A stretch of 62,211 nt of DNA, filler included. It is 8 parts of 8 records of this genome, joined end to end, with 100 filler letters (N's around TTAATTAATTAA, not from the genome) between each part and the next. Parts side by side here need not be neighbours in the genome. Positions count along the whole stretch, not along the records: positions 19,250 to 24,789 come from SRR31147125_43513; positions 24,890 to 36,901 come from SRR31147125_43598; 6 more parts are not named here. One strand, given 5' to 3'. Below are positions 23,362 to 33,283 of the stretch, piece after piece; the first letter of the stretch is position 1; each line of letters begins with the position of its first letter. The notes beneath the pieces were generated by a model, which searched no databases, had not been told where the DNA came from, and worked only from the letters and a program-made list of their open reading frames with translations. The translations under genes and the position numbers were made by a program.

Positions 23362-23703
23362 TTATTCCTCTTTACGTTTTAAGCACTCACCATAATCAGA
23401 ATTACATTTTTTAAAGGCAAGCTCATATAGAATTTCGGTTTTCTCCTTATATTCTGCCATTGCATCCGTATCAATTGTATAATACACGTAGAACCCGTCT
23501 TTATTGGAAATAACAAGACCGGTATTCCTAAGTGTTTTCAGATGCTGTGAAACGGCGGATTGTGTAATATTAAGCTTTTTTGCGATATCATTAACGCAAA
23601 ACGAGTTATCATAATTAGAAGCCAGCATTTTAATAATCTTAAGACGTGTTGTGTCTCCAAGGGCTTTAAAATATTCAGCTATTTGGTCTAAAAAGTCTTT
23701 CAT
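23362..23703 (-). CDS. ArsR/SmtB-family transcriptional repressor
   Basis: FKALGDTTRLKII, CVNDIA, TQSAVSQHLKTLR, G..VYY. Confidence 0.93.
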   Translation of the reverse strand: MKDFLDQIAEYFKALGDTTRLKIIKMLASNYDNSFCVNDIAKKLNITQSAVSQHLKTLRNTGLVISNKDGFYVYYTIDTDAMAEYKEKTEILYELAFKKCNSDYGECLKRKEE

Positions 23704-23715
23704 TACAATCCTCGT

Positions 23716-23770
23716 ATATTAGTATATAAGTATATGCTAATATACTATACTGAATATTTATATATGTCAA
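23716..23770 (-). promoter_or_regulatory. sigma70 promoter and autoregulatory operator of arsR
   Basis: Minus-strand TTGACA (23770-23765), 17 nt spacer, TAGTAT; overlaps the palindrome ATATTAGTATAT-AAGT-ATATGCTAATAT (23716-23743). Confidence 0.65.
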
Positions 23771-24103
23771 GTTATATATACAGCTTTTCATATTTTAGAT
23801 TATTCAACAACCGAAATACGGCATACTATCAATTGCATTTAGCAGGCAAAAGTTGAAAAATCTTATTTTTTAACAGTCCCTAAATATATAATCCACTCAG
23901 GTAATAATACGATCAAACTAAAACCCTAAAGGGTGCAATTTATCATTGGAGCAGAGCTGAAAGCATTAAGTGCCATCATTCTGAAATAAAGGTTTCGGAT
24001 ATGTTTATACACGATTAGTACCCATAACTAAACCCCCAATATGATTTATATATTTAATCCATACTGGAGGTTTACGCTATCCTTTTAGTTTCACCCTTTC
24101 GGC

Positions 24104-24789
24104 TTAACTTTTTTTATTTTGATCGTTCATATAAATTTGATACATAGTTTCGCAGGCAATATGATTCAGCCTTTCCACATTGTCTTTAGAATAGTTTATA
24201 TCCTTTTCATAGTCAAAATTTCCACCCTCTTCAAACTGTTTCAGAAGGTTGGTGACGCATACGCACAATGCACCGCCCCGCAAGCCGAACAAGCGGCTTA
24301 GAACCATAATAATACTGGCTTCCATGTCTCCTGCTAATACCTTCATTTGCTTTAAATCGCTTAAAAAGTAATCCCAGTCATGGCGGCGGTAGCCTGAAAA
24401 TGAGGAATCCTTTTCAGGACGGTTGGCAAACAAAGCATCCGTTGTCCTTGTCGTACCTACATGATAAGTGAGGTTCAGACGCTGGGCAGCCTGAATGGCA
24501 CCCTGCACTATTTCGTGATGTGCAACTGCAGGATATTCCATAGGAACGTACTGAGCTGATGTTCCTTCAAACCGACATGCCGAATCGAATATCGCTATAT
24601 CACCTTTTTTTATATAGCTTTGGATTCCTGCACATGTTCCCATCCGCAAAAATGTCTTTGCACCGCATCTTGCCAGCTCTTCAACGGCTATTGCAGTTGA
24701 CGGACAGCCCATTCCGGTGCTGGTGCAGGTTATGGGCATTCCCTTATAAACACCTGTATAGGTTACGTGCTCCCGGTTGTCAGCTATCA
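24104..24789 (-). CDS. udp: Uridine/nucleoside phosphorylase (PNP_UDP_1), 5' partial
   Basis: STGMGCPSTAIAVEEL, RMGTCAG, DMEAS. Confidence 0.85.
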
Positions 24790-24889
24790 NNNNNNNNNNN
24801 NNNNNNNNNNNNNNNNNNNNNNNNNNNNNNNNNTTAATTAATTAANNNNNNNNNNNNNNNNNNNNNNNNNNNNNNNNNNNNNNNNNNNN
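24790..24889. other. Artificial contig linker
   Basis: N/TTAATTAATTAA spacer. Confidence 0.99.
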
Positions 24890-25080
24890 GGCAAGTTATT
24901 TAAGACCGGTTCCTTAATTAAATCGCATTATGAGTTTTCCTAGGCAATTATATGCAGCTGCCTTGTCTTTAGATCGCGTCCCATCTCCAGAACGAAGACG
25001 GACTGAGGGGGAGGTATAACCACTGCTCCCAAAATTTTTTCAGAATAGATTTTCTTAGGTACTGAAGGATAATCTGGATT

Positions 25081-25605
25081 ATGAATATAATATTTCCATG
25101 GCAAGTTGGCAAAAGAAATATTTTTTTGAAAAGCAATCAATTAGGACTTACTCTTCTTGAAATAATGGTTGCTTTAGGAATTATTGCCGTAATAGTATCA
25201 TTGGCAGTTCCCAATTTGCAGCCCTTAGTGCAAACCCATCGATTAAGAAGTGCTACACGGGAAATTATCTCCTGTTTACAGACGGCAAAATTGGAAGCCA
25301 TTAAAGAAAATGCCAATGCAGTTGTCAAATTTGACATAGCGAATGACAAATTTAATGCCTGGGTGGACAATGTAGTTGTGAACTGGGCGCTTGATGCTGG
25401 AGAGACCATTTTTTATCAAACAAATATTCGTGATGAATATTATGGTGTTTTAATTCAGGGAACGACGTTTACTTCTCATACCATTGGATTTAACGGCAGA
25501 GGGTTGCCATCTACCAGTATTGGCGGGACCGTTACCCTCCAGAATTCCAATGGAGATACTCGGCAGGTTGTTGTTAATGTGGCCGGAAATATTCGGGTTC
25601 CGTAA
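25081..25605 (+). CDS. Type IV minor pilin, FimT/FimU/GspH-like
   Basis: Prepilin G|LTLLE motif, AKLEAIKEN, FNGRGLP, C-terminal VNVAGNIRV. Confidence 0.88.
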   Translation: MNIIFPWQVGKRNIFLKSNQLGLTLLEIMVALGIIAVIVSLAVPNLQPLVQTHRLRSATREIISCLQTAKLEAIKENANAVVKFDIANDKFNAWVDNVVVNWALDAGETIFYQTNIRDEYYGVLIQGTTFTSHTIGFNGRGLPSTSIGGTVTLQNSNGDTRQVVVNVAGNIRVP

Positions 25606-25643
25606 GATATTTGTTGGGGTTCAATTAAGAATGGAAATACAAC

Positions 25644-26342
25644 ATGGTTGACGAAAAATTAAAAATAAATCCTGGATTCACTTTGATTGAAATTTTGGTT
25701 GCAATGACGATTGCTACTATTGTCGGCACATTCGTGGTCTCCAGTTTTATAGATCAGCAGAATGCGAATCGCGGTCAGCAACAGGCGTTGGATATGCAGC
25801 AAAATTTGCGTGCTGCATTGCATATCATGGGAAAAGAGATCCGAATGGCCGGGTATGATCCCAATCCTTCCTCTACAGCAGGTATCACGAGTGCTGGTGA
25901 TGGAAGTAGTGGCAACCCTTTGGGGTTTACTTATTTTCCAGGCGATGATTCTGACGGTGAAGACAATGATAACGATGGAATAATTGATGAAATTGGTGAA
26001 AATCCTGAACTTGACGGCCAAGACAATGATAATGATGGAACAATTGACGAAGCCGGTGAGTTATTACAACTCATTGAGTATGAGTTATATGACGCTTATG
26101 GCGATGGTGATAATGACCTTGGTAGAAAATTTGGTTCCCAACCTATTCAGGCCATTGCAGAAAACATTGCAAACCTGTCATTTGAGTATCTTGATGCAAA
26201 TGGAGCGGTTACAGCGGTCGTCCAGGATATAAGAAGCATCAAGATCACCATAGAAGCGACGGTGGATATCAATGAAAAAAATTATATTGGTAATAACAGG
26301 TCCTTTATCGCAACCATAAAATGCCGTAATCTAGGGATATAA
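25644..26342 (+). CDS. Type IV minor pilin PilW-like
   Basis: G|FTLIE, MQQNLRAAL..EIRMAGY, AENI, C-terminal IKCRNL. Confidence 0.88.
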   Translation: MVDEKLKINPGFTLIEILVAMTIATIVGTFVVSSFIDQQNANRGQQQALDMQQNLRAALHIMGKEIRMAGYDPNPSSTAGITSAGDGSSGNPLGFTYFPGDDSDGEDNDNDGIIDEIGENPELDGQDNDNDGTIDEAGELLQLIEYELYDAYGDGDNDLGRKFGSQPIQAIAENIANLSFEYLDANGAVTAVVQDIRSIKITIEATVDINEKNYIGNNRSFIATIKCRNLGI

Positions 26343-26344
26343 AT

Positions 26345-26749
26345 ATGGATTTTCATGAGCAAAAACCTGAAAACAAAGGGTTTACACTCATCGAAGTGGT
26401 GGTAGCAATGCTTATCCTCTCGATTGGTGTTCTTGGTATTTTTAAAATGCAGATATCTGCCATACAAGGAAATGCAAACGGCAGAAAACTGACAGAGGCG
26501 AACATTGCTGCGCAAAGTCAGATAGAGTCTTTGATGCAACAGAACTTCACGACTCTCGCAAGTACGACAGCTTCGTTAACCCATAACGATGATGATACCA
26601 TTCCGGTTGGTTACACATTGACATATACCGTTGTCAATGATCCTGACGGGAACGGAATTGATGATTTGAGACAGGTTACCGTATATCTAAACGATTCCAC
26701 AGGCAAACAAAGGGTGGATTTGACGTTTATGAGAGCAATAGATTTGTAG
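26345..26749 (+). CDS. Type IV minor pilin PilV-like
   Basis: G|FTLIEVVVAMLILSIGVLG, short pilin. Confidence 0.88.
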   Translation: MDFHEQKPENKGFTLIEVVVAMLILSIGVLGIFKMQISAIQGNANGRKLTEANIAAQSQIESLMQQNFTTLASTTASLTHNDDDTIPVGYTLTYTVVNDPDGNGIDDLRQVTVYLNDSTGKQRVDLTFMRAIDL

Positions 26750-26811
26750 GATGTATCTGCTCGTAATGATGTCAGTAATTTTCTGTTTATTGCTCTTCAG
26801 AGGGGGGTCAT

Positions 26812-27309
26812 ATGAATGACTTTTTTAAAAAAAGTGTGAATAATGATCGGGGATCCGCCATTGTTTTGGCCATGATGATATTGGTAGTTGTCACGATCCT
26901 TGGTATTTCCGCTATCAACGACAGTGTGGTAGAGCTTCGCATCGTTCAGAACGAAAAAAAATACCAAGAAAATTTTTATCAGGCAGAATCCGCTGCCATG
27001 GAAGGCGCTCAGAAATTAGAGAATTCCGAGGAAGATGATTTGGATGACAGAACTTTTACCGCCGAAGTGTGGCTGAAGGGAGATTCCACCAATGATGTCA
27101 TGAGAGATCCAAATAATTGGACAGCAACGAATTCAAGTGGAGCCACGGGTATGACCAATACGGATTTATCCGTTGTGGAAGTCAAAATCGCCCATGGCGC
27201 TTCCCTTGACATGACCGACAGTATGAATCTGTTTGAGTATGCGGTTAGAGGACTGTCTCGAAATAATGGTGAAGTGCTTATTGAGATTGGTTACAAAAAA
27301 CGACATTAG
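26812..27309 (+). CDS. PilX-like minor pilin
   Basis: G|SAIV lacking Glu5; ELRIVQN..FYQAESAA. Confidence 0.85.
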   Translation: MNDFFKKSVNNDRGSAIVLAMMILVVVTILGISAINDSVVELRIVQNEKKYQENFYQAESAAMEGAQKLENSEEDDLDDRTFTAEVWLKGDSTNDVMRDPNNWTATNSSGATGMTNTDLSVVEVKIAHGASLDMTDSMNLFEYAVRGLSRNNGEVLIEIGYKKRH

Positions 27310-27497
27310 CCTTTTATACCCCTCAATTCCTGTTGAAAAAACAAGAAAATGAGAAAAGGTTTATGTATCGCTGTTTTCCTATGCCAATTTAAGCGAAACG
27401 AAGTAACTTATTATTGTGTCAGACAGATGAAATTACCGCCTTTTTCAAAAGTTCTGTCACATTGCAGAAGGTTTACCCAAATTAAGGAGACTTTCCC

Positions 27498-30400
27498 ATG
27501 AACGGTATTTCCAAAAAACTAACTTGCCTTTTTCGTATAAAATTTTTGAAAATTTCCATTAGATCATTGGGCGGTTTCATTGTTCTAGCCTGTGCCGTTT
27601 TATTTTTCATGGTATTTGCGGATGTAGCTGACGCCGGTTCACTTCGGGTTCGTATCGATCCTTCTGCCGTAAGGACCCAGGCTCGGTGGGATCTTTATAA
27701 GTATGATGGTTCCGGAGATAAGAACAGTCCCAGCAATTACGATTTTCTTTATGGTTCCAAATCCCATAATGATACCATATCCCATTTAGATGGTATATAT
27801 ATGGTTGTGTTTTCCGATGTGAGCGGATGGAATAAGCCCAATGACATTACCGATATTAGGGTGAAAAGTTGGAAATCCAGGTCCCGAACAGGGAGCTATA
27901 CTCAGATTACCACTACAACGACGACGACCACTACCACAACCACCACCACAACAACCAGCAGTACTACCAGCACTACCACCACGACCACACTTCCGCCAGG
28001 GACATGCCTTTCCCTTTCTGAAATTCCCATGGATACGCAGCTTCAGGCCGCGCCTGCTTCCATCATGTTTGTCATTGACGACTCCGGTAGTATGGATTGG
28101 GAGGTTTCTATCCAAGGCACCTGGGGTGGAATTTTCAACTATTGGGGGTTTTTATATAACATGAGTGATAATATTAGTGGATATTATTCTTCCGATATTA
28201 AAGTGTACTGGAAACCCCAGTGGAGCGGTTTCAATCGAATGTTTTACGACCCCCATGTCACCTATACGCCCTGGCCAAACAAAAGTGACGCCAGCACAAC
28301 CTCTCCCCGATCCAACCCTGTAAATTCAAGTCCGACATTGAATTTAAGTGATACTTATAAATCAATAGGGGCTGTAAGTATTAAAAACGCCCATTATTAC
28401 ACTTACTATGATGCCAATCAGGACGATACGCTCAATGCTGGTGAGGATGTCTATCTGGTAAACTTTGAAAGTGGTACAAGGAAGTTTTACCTGTACACGG
28501 ATGATGGGGATGACAAGGTCGAGTCCGGAGAGTTAAGCTATCAATCGACGGTGCCCCCTGAGATCCAGCCCAATTCCGATGCCGATGATCTGCAAAACTG
28601 GGCTAACTGGTTTTCCTACTATCGGAAAAGGGAGCTGACCGCTAAAAATGCAATTGCCAATGTGGTGGACGGCCTTTCCGGAGTTCGAGTGGGTTTCCAT
28701 GGCATCAATGGACGGATCAAAGAGGCTGTGCAGCCTGTGAATGTGACCATGGGAGGGACTTTTTCCGATCAAACAAACTACTTACTGGGAAAACTATATG
28801 CATACAATTCCATTGGGGGAACCCCTTTAAGGAACGGTCTTAAAACCATTGGGGAGTATTATTCCGGAAACGGCAGTTCTCCCTACAGCGACTCACCATA
28901 CTATCCGGCGGCGGATGGCGGGGAGTGCCAGCAATCCTTTGCCATTCTCATTACCGACGGGTATTGGAACGGCAATTCTCCCAGTGTGGGCAATCAGGAT
29001 GGCGGTTTGGGCAACCCCTATGAAGACAGTGTCTCAAGTACATTGGCGGATGTGGCCATGAAATACTATAAAAATGACATTTCAACCTTGTCGGATCTGG
29101 TACCCACATCTTTTCCCGATTTGGCAACCTGGCAACATATGGTGACCTATGGAGTTTCTTTTGGGATGTTTGGCACATTAGACCCCGACAATTATGATTT
29201 TTACAAAACCCCTCCGGATACCATCACATGGCCGACACCTGTCAAAAATGAAGCCAGCACCATCGATGATATGTGGCACGCCACAGTCAACGGTCGGGGC
29301 GAGTTCCTGACCGCCACAAACCCGGAGGAGTTGACCAGCTCCCTGTTGCTGTTGATGCAGAACATTGAATCCCGCATCGGATCCGGGGCGTCGGTATCCA
29401 TCAATGGCGATGAAATCAGCGGAAACTCCAAGATTTTCCAATCCAGCTATAAATCCGATGACTGGAGCGGAGATATCAAGGCCTATCCCATAAATCAGCA
29501 GAGTGGCGCCGTACAGACCGCCAGTCAGCTATGGTCGGCCCAAGGGGCGTTACAATCCCAAGATTGGGATACCGGTCGGATCATTGGTACCTATGACGGA
29601 AGCACAGGTGTTCCCTTCCGATATAACAATTTATCTGCGACGCAACAAGCTCAACTGACAGGAAACGAGCTGAACTACATCCGTGGAGACACCTCTTTGG
29701 AAGGTACCCAATATAGAATAAGAAGCTATATATTGGGTGATATTGTCCATTCAAGTCCGGTGTTTTACAAGGATTATCTTTATGCAGGCGGCAATGACGG
29801 AATGCTGCATGTGATTGATACTGTCAACGGAAGTGAAGTGTTTGCCTATGTACCCAATCTGGTTTTTCCTGACCTTTACAAGTTGACCGAGATCGACTAT
29901 GTCCATGAATATTTTGTAGATAATTCCCCCACGGTTACAGATACCGGCACTCAAACGTTGCTGATTGGTGGGCTTGCCGGGGGAGGTAGAGGCTATTTCT
30001 GTCTGGATATAACCACTCCTGCCGCAAATACGGAAACCAATGTGGCAGACTGGGTGGAATGGGAGTATCCCAGAATTGGTACAAGCTCTGCGGATATTGC
30101 AGATTTGGGCTATTCCTTTAGCCAGGCTTTCATCGTCAACTCCTATCGAGATCCGGCCTTGGGAGATAGCTGGATTGCAATTTTCGGCAACGGATATAAT
30201 AGTACTAATGGTAGAGGGGTTTTTTTTATCCTGGAAGCGAAAACCGGAACTTTGATAAAGAAAATTGATGTGGGAGGGTCCTGCAATGGAATATCCACCC
30301 CGGTGGCTGTGGATATGAATGAAAACAGTGTCGTGGACGGCAAGGTGAATTATGTTTATGCTGGAGATTTGAACGGTAACCTGTGGAAGTTTGATCTTAC

Positions 30401-31271
30401 CGATAAAGATCCGGTCAACTGGGATGTCGCCTATAACGATAGTGGGACTCCGAAACCACTCTTCACGGCAGAGGATAGTTCCGGAACACCCCAGCCCATC
30501 ACCATACAGCCGGATGTGATGTGGCATTGTACCCAAAGCGGTTATATGGTGGCCTTTGGCACCGGGCAGTACCTGGTCAACAGCGATCTGAGTTCGACTC
30601 AGCAGCAGACCATCTATAATATATGGGATTATGGGGACGATCCTTCTGAATATCTCGGTACCTTTGACCGGACAGGCACGCCCCATTTCAACAATCCCTT
30701 GCTGGCTACCTCATCGGTCAGTCTTTTGGAACAAACAGAGATATTCTTTGGGCCGGTCAGCGGTTACACCTATGATTTGAGGGTGCTGTCAGACAATCAA
30801 CCAACTTGGAATATTGATGCCAATGGTGTCCCTGTGACCCATGCAGGGTGGTATTTTGATCTTCCCCTCTCCAAAGAACGAGTTGCCCGTAATGTTACCT
30901 TTCGGGATGACAAGTTGATCGTCTCATCTCTCATTCCACAAAACGCTCCATGTGCCTCGGGTGGTGATTCCATACTACATGAAATGGATGCCTGTTCCGG
31001 CGGGAGGCTTTCTGATCCCCAGTTTGATATTAACGATGACGGCATCATAGACGATAACGATCTCATTTCCATTCCAGATCCTAATCAATCGGGTAGCTAC
31101 ATTCTCGTTCCGCCCACAGGTATCCAATATCCCACCATGATCTACGAACCGGTTATTTTATGGGATGACCAACGTGAAACCAAATATTTCAGTACCTCTG
31201 CCGGTAATATCATCATGCTCAGAGAAAGAGGAGAAAATCGTGGCATGTTTTATTGGCGGGAACAAAATTAA
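27498..31271 (+). CDS. pilY1: PilY1/PilC-family pilus-tip adhesin (extra N-terminal domain, Thr linker, vWA, beta-propeller)
   Basis: MIDAS FVIDDSGSM, FANW-like WANWFSYYR, GTPL, ITDG; LGDIVHSSP, GGNDGMLH, YAGDLNGNLWKFDL, GWYFDL; Ca-loop DINDDGIIDDND. Confidence 0.93.
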   Translation: MNGISKKLTCLFRIKFLKISIRSLGGFIVLACAVLFFMVFADVADAGSLRVRIDPSAVRTQARWDLYKYDGSGDKNSPSNYDFLYGSKSHNDTISHLDGIYMVVFSDVSGWNKPNDITDIRVKSWKSRSRTGSYTQITTTTTTTTTTTTTTTTSSTTSTTTTTTLPPGTCLSLSEIPMDTQLQAAPASIMFVIDDSGSMDWEVSIQGTWGGIFNYWGFLYNMSDNISGYYSSDIKVYWKPQWSGFNRMFYDPHVTYTPWPNKSDASTTSPRSNPVNSSPTLNLSDTYKSIGAVSIKNAHYYTYYDANQDDTLNAGEDVYLVNFESGTRKFYLYTDDGDDKVESGELSYQSTVPPEIQPNSDADDLQNWANWFSYYRKRELTAKNAIANVVDGLSGVRVGFHGINGRIKEAVQPVNVTMGGTFSDQTNYLLGKLYAYNSIGGTPLRNGLKTIGEYYSGNGSSPYSDSPYYPAADGGECQQSFAILITDGYWNGNSPSVGNQDGGLGNPYEDSVSSTLADVAMKYYKNDISTLSDLVPTSFPDLATWQHMVTYGVSFGMFGTLDPDNYDFYKTPPDTITWPTPVKNEASTIDDMWHATVNGRGEFLTATNPEELTSSLLLLMQNIESRIGSGASVSINGDEISGNSKIFQSSYKSDDWSGDIKAYPINQQSGAVQTASQLWSAQGALQSQDWDTGRIIGTYDGSTGVPFRYNNLSATQQAQLTGNELNYIRGDTSLEGTQYRIRSYILGDIVHSSPVFYKDYLYAGGNDGMLHVIDTVNGSEVFAYVPNLVFPDLYKLTEIDYVHEYFVDNSPTVTDTGTQTLLIGGLAGGGRGYFCLDITTPAANTETNVADWVEWEYPRIGTSSADIADLGYSFSQAFIVNSYRDPALGDSWIAIFGNGYNSTNGRGVFFILEAKTGTLIKKIDVGGSCNGISTPVAVDMNENSVVDGKVNYVYAGDLNGNLWKFDLTDKDPVNWDVAYNDSGTPKPLFTAEDSSGTPQPITIQPDVMWHCTQSGYMVAFGTGQYLVNSDLSSTQQQTIYNIWDYGDDPSEYLGTFDRTGTPHFNNPLLATSSVSLLEQTEIFFGPVSGYTYDLRVLSDNQPTWNIDANGVPVTHAGWYFDLPLSKERVARNVTFRDDKLIVSSLIPQNAPCASGGDSILHEMDACSGGRLSDPQFDINDDGIIDDNDLISIPDPNQSGSYILVPPTGIQYPTMIYEPVILWDDQRETKYFSTSAGNIIMLRERGENRGMFYWREQN
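27909..27989 (+). repeat. Poly-Thr/Ser coding tract (27 codons) in PilY1
   Basis: T16-SS-TT-S-T6 encoded with mixed ACN codons. Confidence 0.95.
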
Positions 31272-31379
31272 TTGATTGATTGATTGTCGTTTTGGATATG
31301 GATTCCAAAATCATTGTAACAAGCGCCATGGCAGATTCCTTTGCCATGGCAAAGCATGAAAGATAGAAAGGAAAAAAGC

Positions 31380-31754
31380 ATGAATTGGGTAAGAAAATCT
31401 ATTGTGATCAAGCGAAAATCCATTGCTTTTGTTCTTTTGGGCATGGGAGTCATGGCTGTGACATCACCATTGGCTGGAGAGTCTTTATCAATACAGGAAA
31501 TAAAACCGGTACCAAAGGTTCTCTCTGTTGGGCCGGGTTTGCCGGAGGCAGAACAATCGGGTACATTGGATCAAATGAATTCGGATGGTGCCACAATAGG
31601 GGGCGTTTATTACAAATTTTCTCAATCTGTTCTTTTTCTTACTCCCTGGGGAAAACCTACGACAGGATTGAATCTTGAAAAAGGTCGTCTGGTTTATTTT
31701 AAACTCGACTCAAATAATGAAATTATTGTGATGTGGCCACATTCTAATACATAA
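31380..31754 (+). CDS. Small secreted protein, PilY2-like
   Basis: Signal peptide and small beta-rich domain directly after pilY1; assignment is positional and pattern-based. Confidence 0.55.
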   Translation: MNWVRKSIVIKRKSIAFVLLGMGVMAVTSPLAGESLSIQEIKPVPKVLSVGPGLPEAEQSGTLDQMNSDGATIGGVYYKFSQSVLFLTPWGKPTTGLNLEKGRLVYFKLDSNNEIIVMWPHSNT

Positions 31755-31954
31755 TCACAATGAGTGGGGCAATGGCAACTTATGGTGCAGGTCACATGAA
31801 CGGATACTGTTTTTGAGATTTAAGTCACTGTTTTAAAAAGATTTAAAATTCAATATTGGCATCAAGTCATTTGGCCGGTACTATAGTGAGAAGGGCTGCG
31901 CTACCTGCAACTCTTATGAATGAAAGATTGCTGCCTTGGAAAGGATAATTATTT

Positions 31955-32473
31955 ATGAGATGGAAATATGTATTGATTTTATTGACGACGTTGTCTTTGT
32001 CAACACCGGTTTTTGCCGAGTTCTATCAGTACAGGGATGAGAACGGCGTACTAAAGTTTACTGATGATCTTACCCAGGTGCCTAAAGATCAGCGACCGGA
32101 TGTGAAAACATTTTTGGAATCCAAGAATATACTTCCTTCTTCTGAACAGGAGAATACCAGTGAAGCGCAGAAAGCAGATGTTAAGGAAACATTCTCTACG
32201 GAAAATAAGAGAGAAACTTCCGAAGAAAATTCATATCTTTCTCAATTTGAGCGTCTAAATAAAAAAAAGGCAAATCTGGATCAAAGATATAAAGATCTTG
32301 TAAAAGCCAAAGATGCCTTACGAAAGATGAGGGATGGGGACACTTCTGAAGTGGGGAAAAAGGCCTATAATACAAAGGTCAATGAACTGAATCAACGGAT
32401 TACGGACTTTGAAAGAGATCGGGATGCGTTTTCAAAGGAAGTGGAAGCCTTGAACCAAAAATTTGAAAAATGA
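31955..32473 (+). CDS. DUF4124-domain secreted protein with coiled coil
   Basis: Signal peptide, then AEFYQYRDENGVLKFTDD..VP. Confidence 0.85.
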   Translation: MRWKYVLILLTTLSLSTPVFAEFYQYRDENGVLKFTDDLTQVPKDQRPDVKTFLESKNILPSSEQENTSEAQKADVKETFSTENKRETSEENSYLSQFERLNKKKANLDQRYKDLVKAKDALRKMRDGDTSEVGKKAYNTKVNELNQRITDFERDRDAFSKEVEALNQKFEK

Positions 32474-33282
32474 TGGTTTTTATACGCAACGCCACTCTTT
32501 CTTTCTCTATATTCTTAGGTGTATTGCTTGGAAACATTTGTTTTGCTTCATATATTAAAATTGATACGTATATCGATGTGTCCGTTGAAGACACCCAGAC
32601 TATGGTGGATTTCAAGATTACCAACAGTGGGGATGAAACTGCCCATCAGGTTGAGCTGCAAGCTCAGATGGGAACAGAAAAGTTCAGTTCAACTCCTCTT
32701 CGAACTCTGATCCCCGGCAATAGCTTTCAAGAGCGCTTTCCAGTTGCAAACAGAAGTGAATTTTCAAGGTGGATCATTCCCTTGAAGATCAGATATAAAG
32801 ATGCAAACCTGTTTCCTTTCAGCGCCCTTTCCTATGCAGATATAAAGTCATCCTCTCATGATGAACTCTCTTTGATCCATTGCAAAGTCAGTCCGTTACA
32901 GTTACGGGATAAAGGAGACCTGCTGGTAACGGTAAAAAGCCTTGACCACAATTTCCACAAAATTAAAGTAAGGATTATTTCACCTAATGAGTTGACGGTA
33001 ACACCTGCAGAAAAGTTCTTCATGGTTCCAGAAGCGAGCGATGCTCAACTGACATTTGAAGTTACCAATTTTTCAGCTCTGGTTCCAAGTACCTATACTA
33101 TTCTTTGCATTGTTTCTGAAAAGAGGAAACGCGGTTGGTATGAAGACGTTTTCAAGGGTCACGTACGCATTGCCTCTTCTTCACAAAGTGAACATTTTTT
33201 TTCAAGCCCATATCTTTGGTGGGGCACTTTTTTCCTGGCGCTTATTTTTGTACTCTGCCAGTTCCAAAGAAAGAGGACGTGA
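32470..33282 (+). CDS. Exported Ig-like beta-sandwich protein with C-terminal TM anchor
   Basis: Signal peptide, ITNSGDETAHQV, beta-rich body, C-terminal hydrophobic helix followed by RKR. Confidence 0.6.
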   Translation: MMVFIRNATLSFSIFLGVLLGNICFASYIKIDTYIDVSVEDTQTMVDFKITNSGDETAHQVELQAQMGTEKFSSTPLRTLIPGNSFQERFPVANRSEFSRWIIPLKIRYKDANLFPFSALSYADIKSSSHDELSLIHCKVSPLQLRDKGDLLVTVKSLDHNFHKIKVRIISPNELTVTPAEKFFMVPEASDAQLTFEVTNFSALVPSTYTILCIVSEKRKRGWYEDVFKGHVRIASSSQSEHFFSSPYLWWGTFFLALIFVLCQFQRKRT

Positions 33283-33283
33283 T

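Noticed and set aside
23930-24000. Possible c-di-GMP-II riboswitch (minus strand GGCACTT…TGCACC)
   Set aside because: Conserved spacing and pseudoknot pairing could not be built.
24950-25010. Possible c-di-GMP-I (GEMM) riboswitch upstream of the pilin cluster (minus strand GGGACGC…CTAA)
   Set aside because: It lacks the GGCAAA/GAAA tetraloop and GCAAAG core, and is in the wrong orientation for the pilin genes.
31325-31350. Possible sigma54 promoter TGGCAGATTCCTTTGC after pilY1
   Set aside because: GG-GC spacing is 11 rather than 10; it is better explained as the GCCATGGCA inverted-repeat hairpin.
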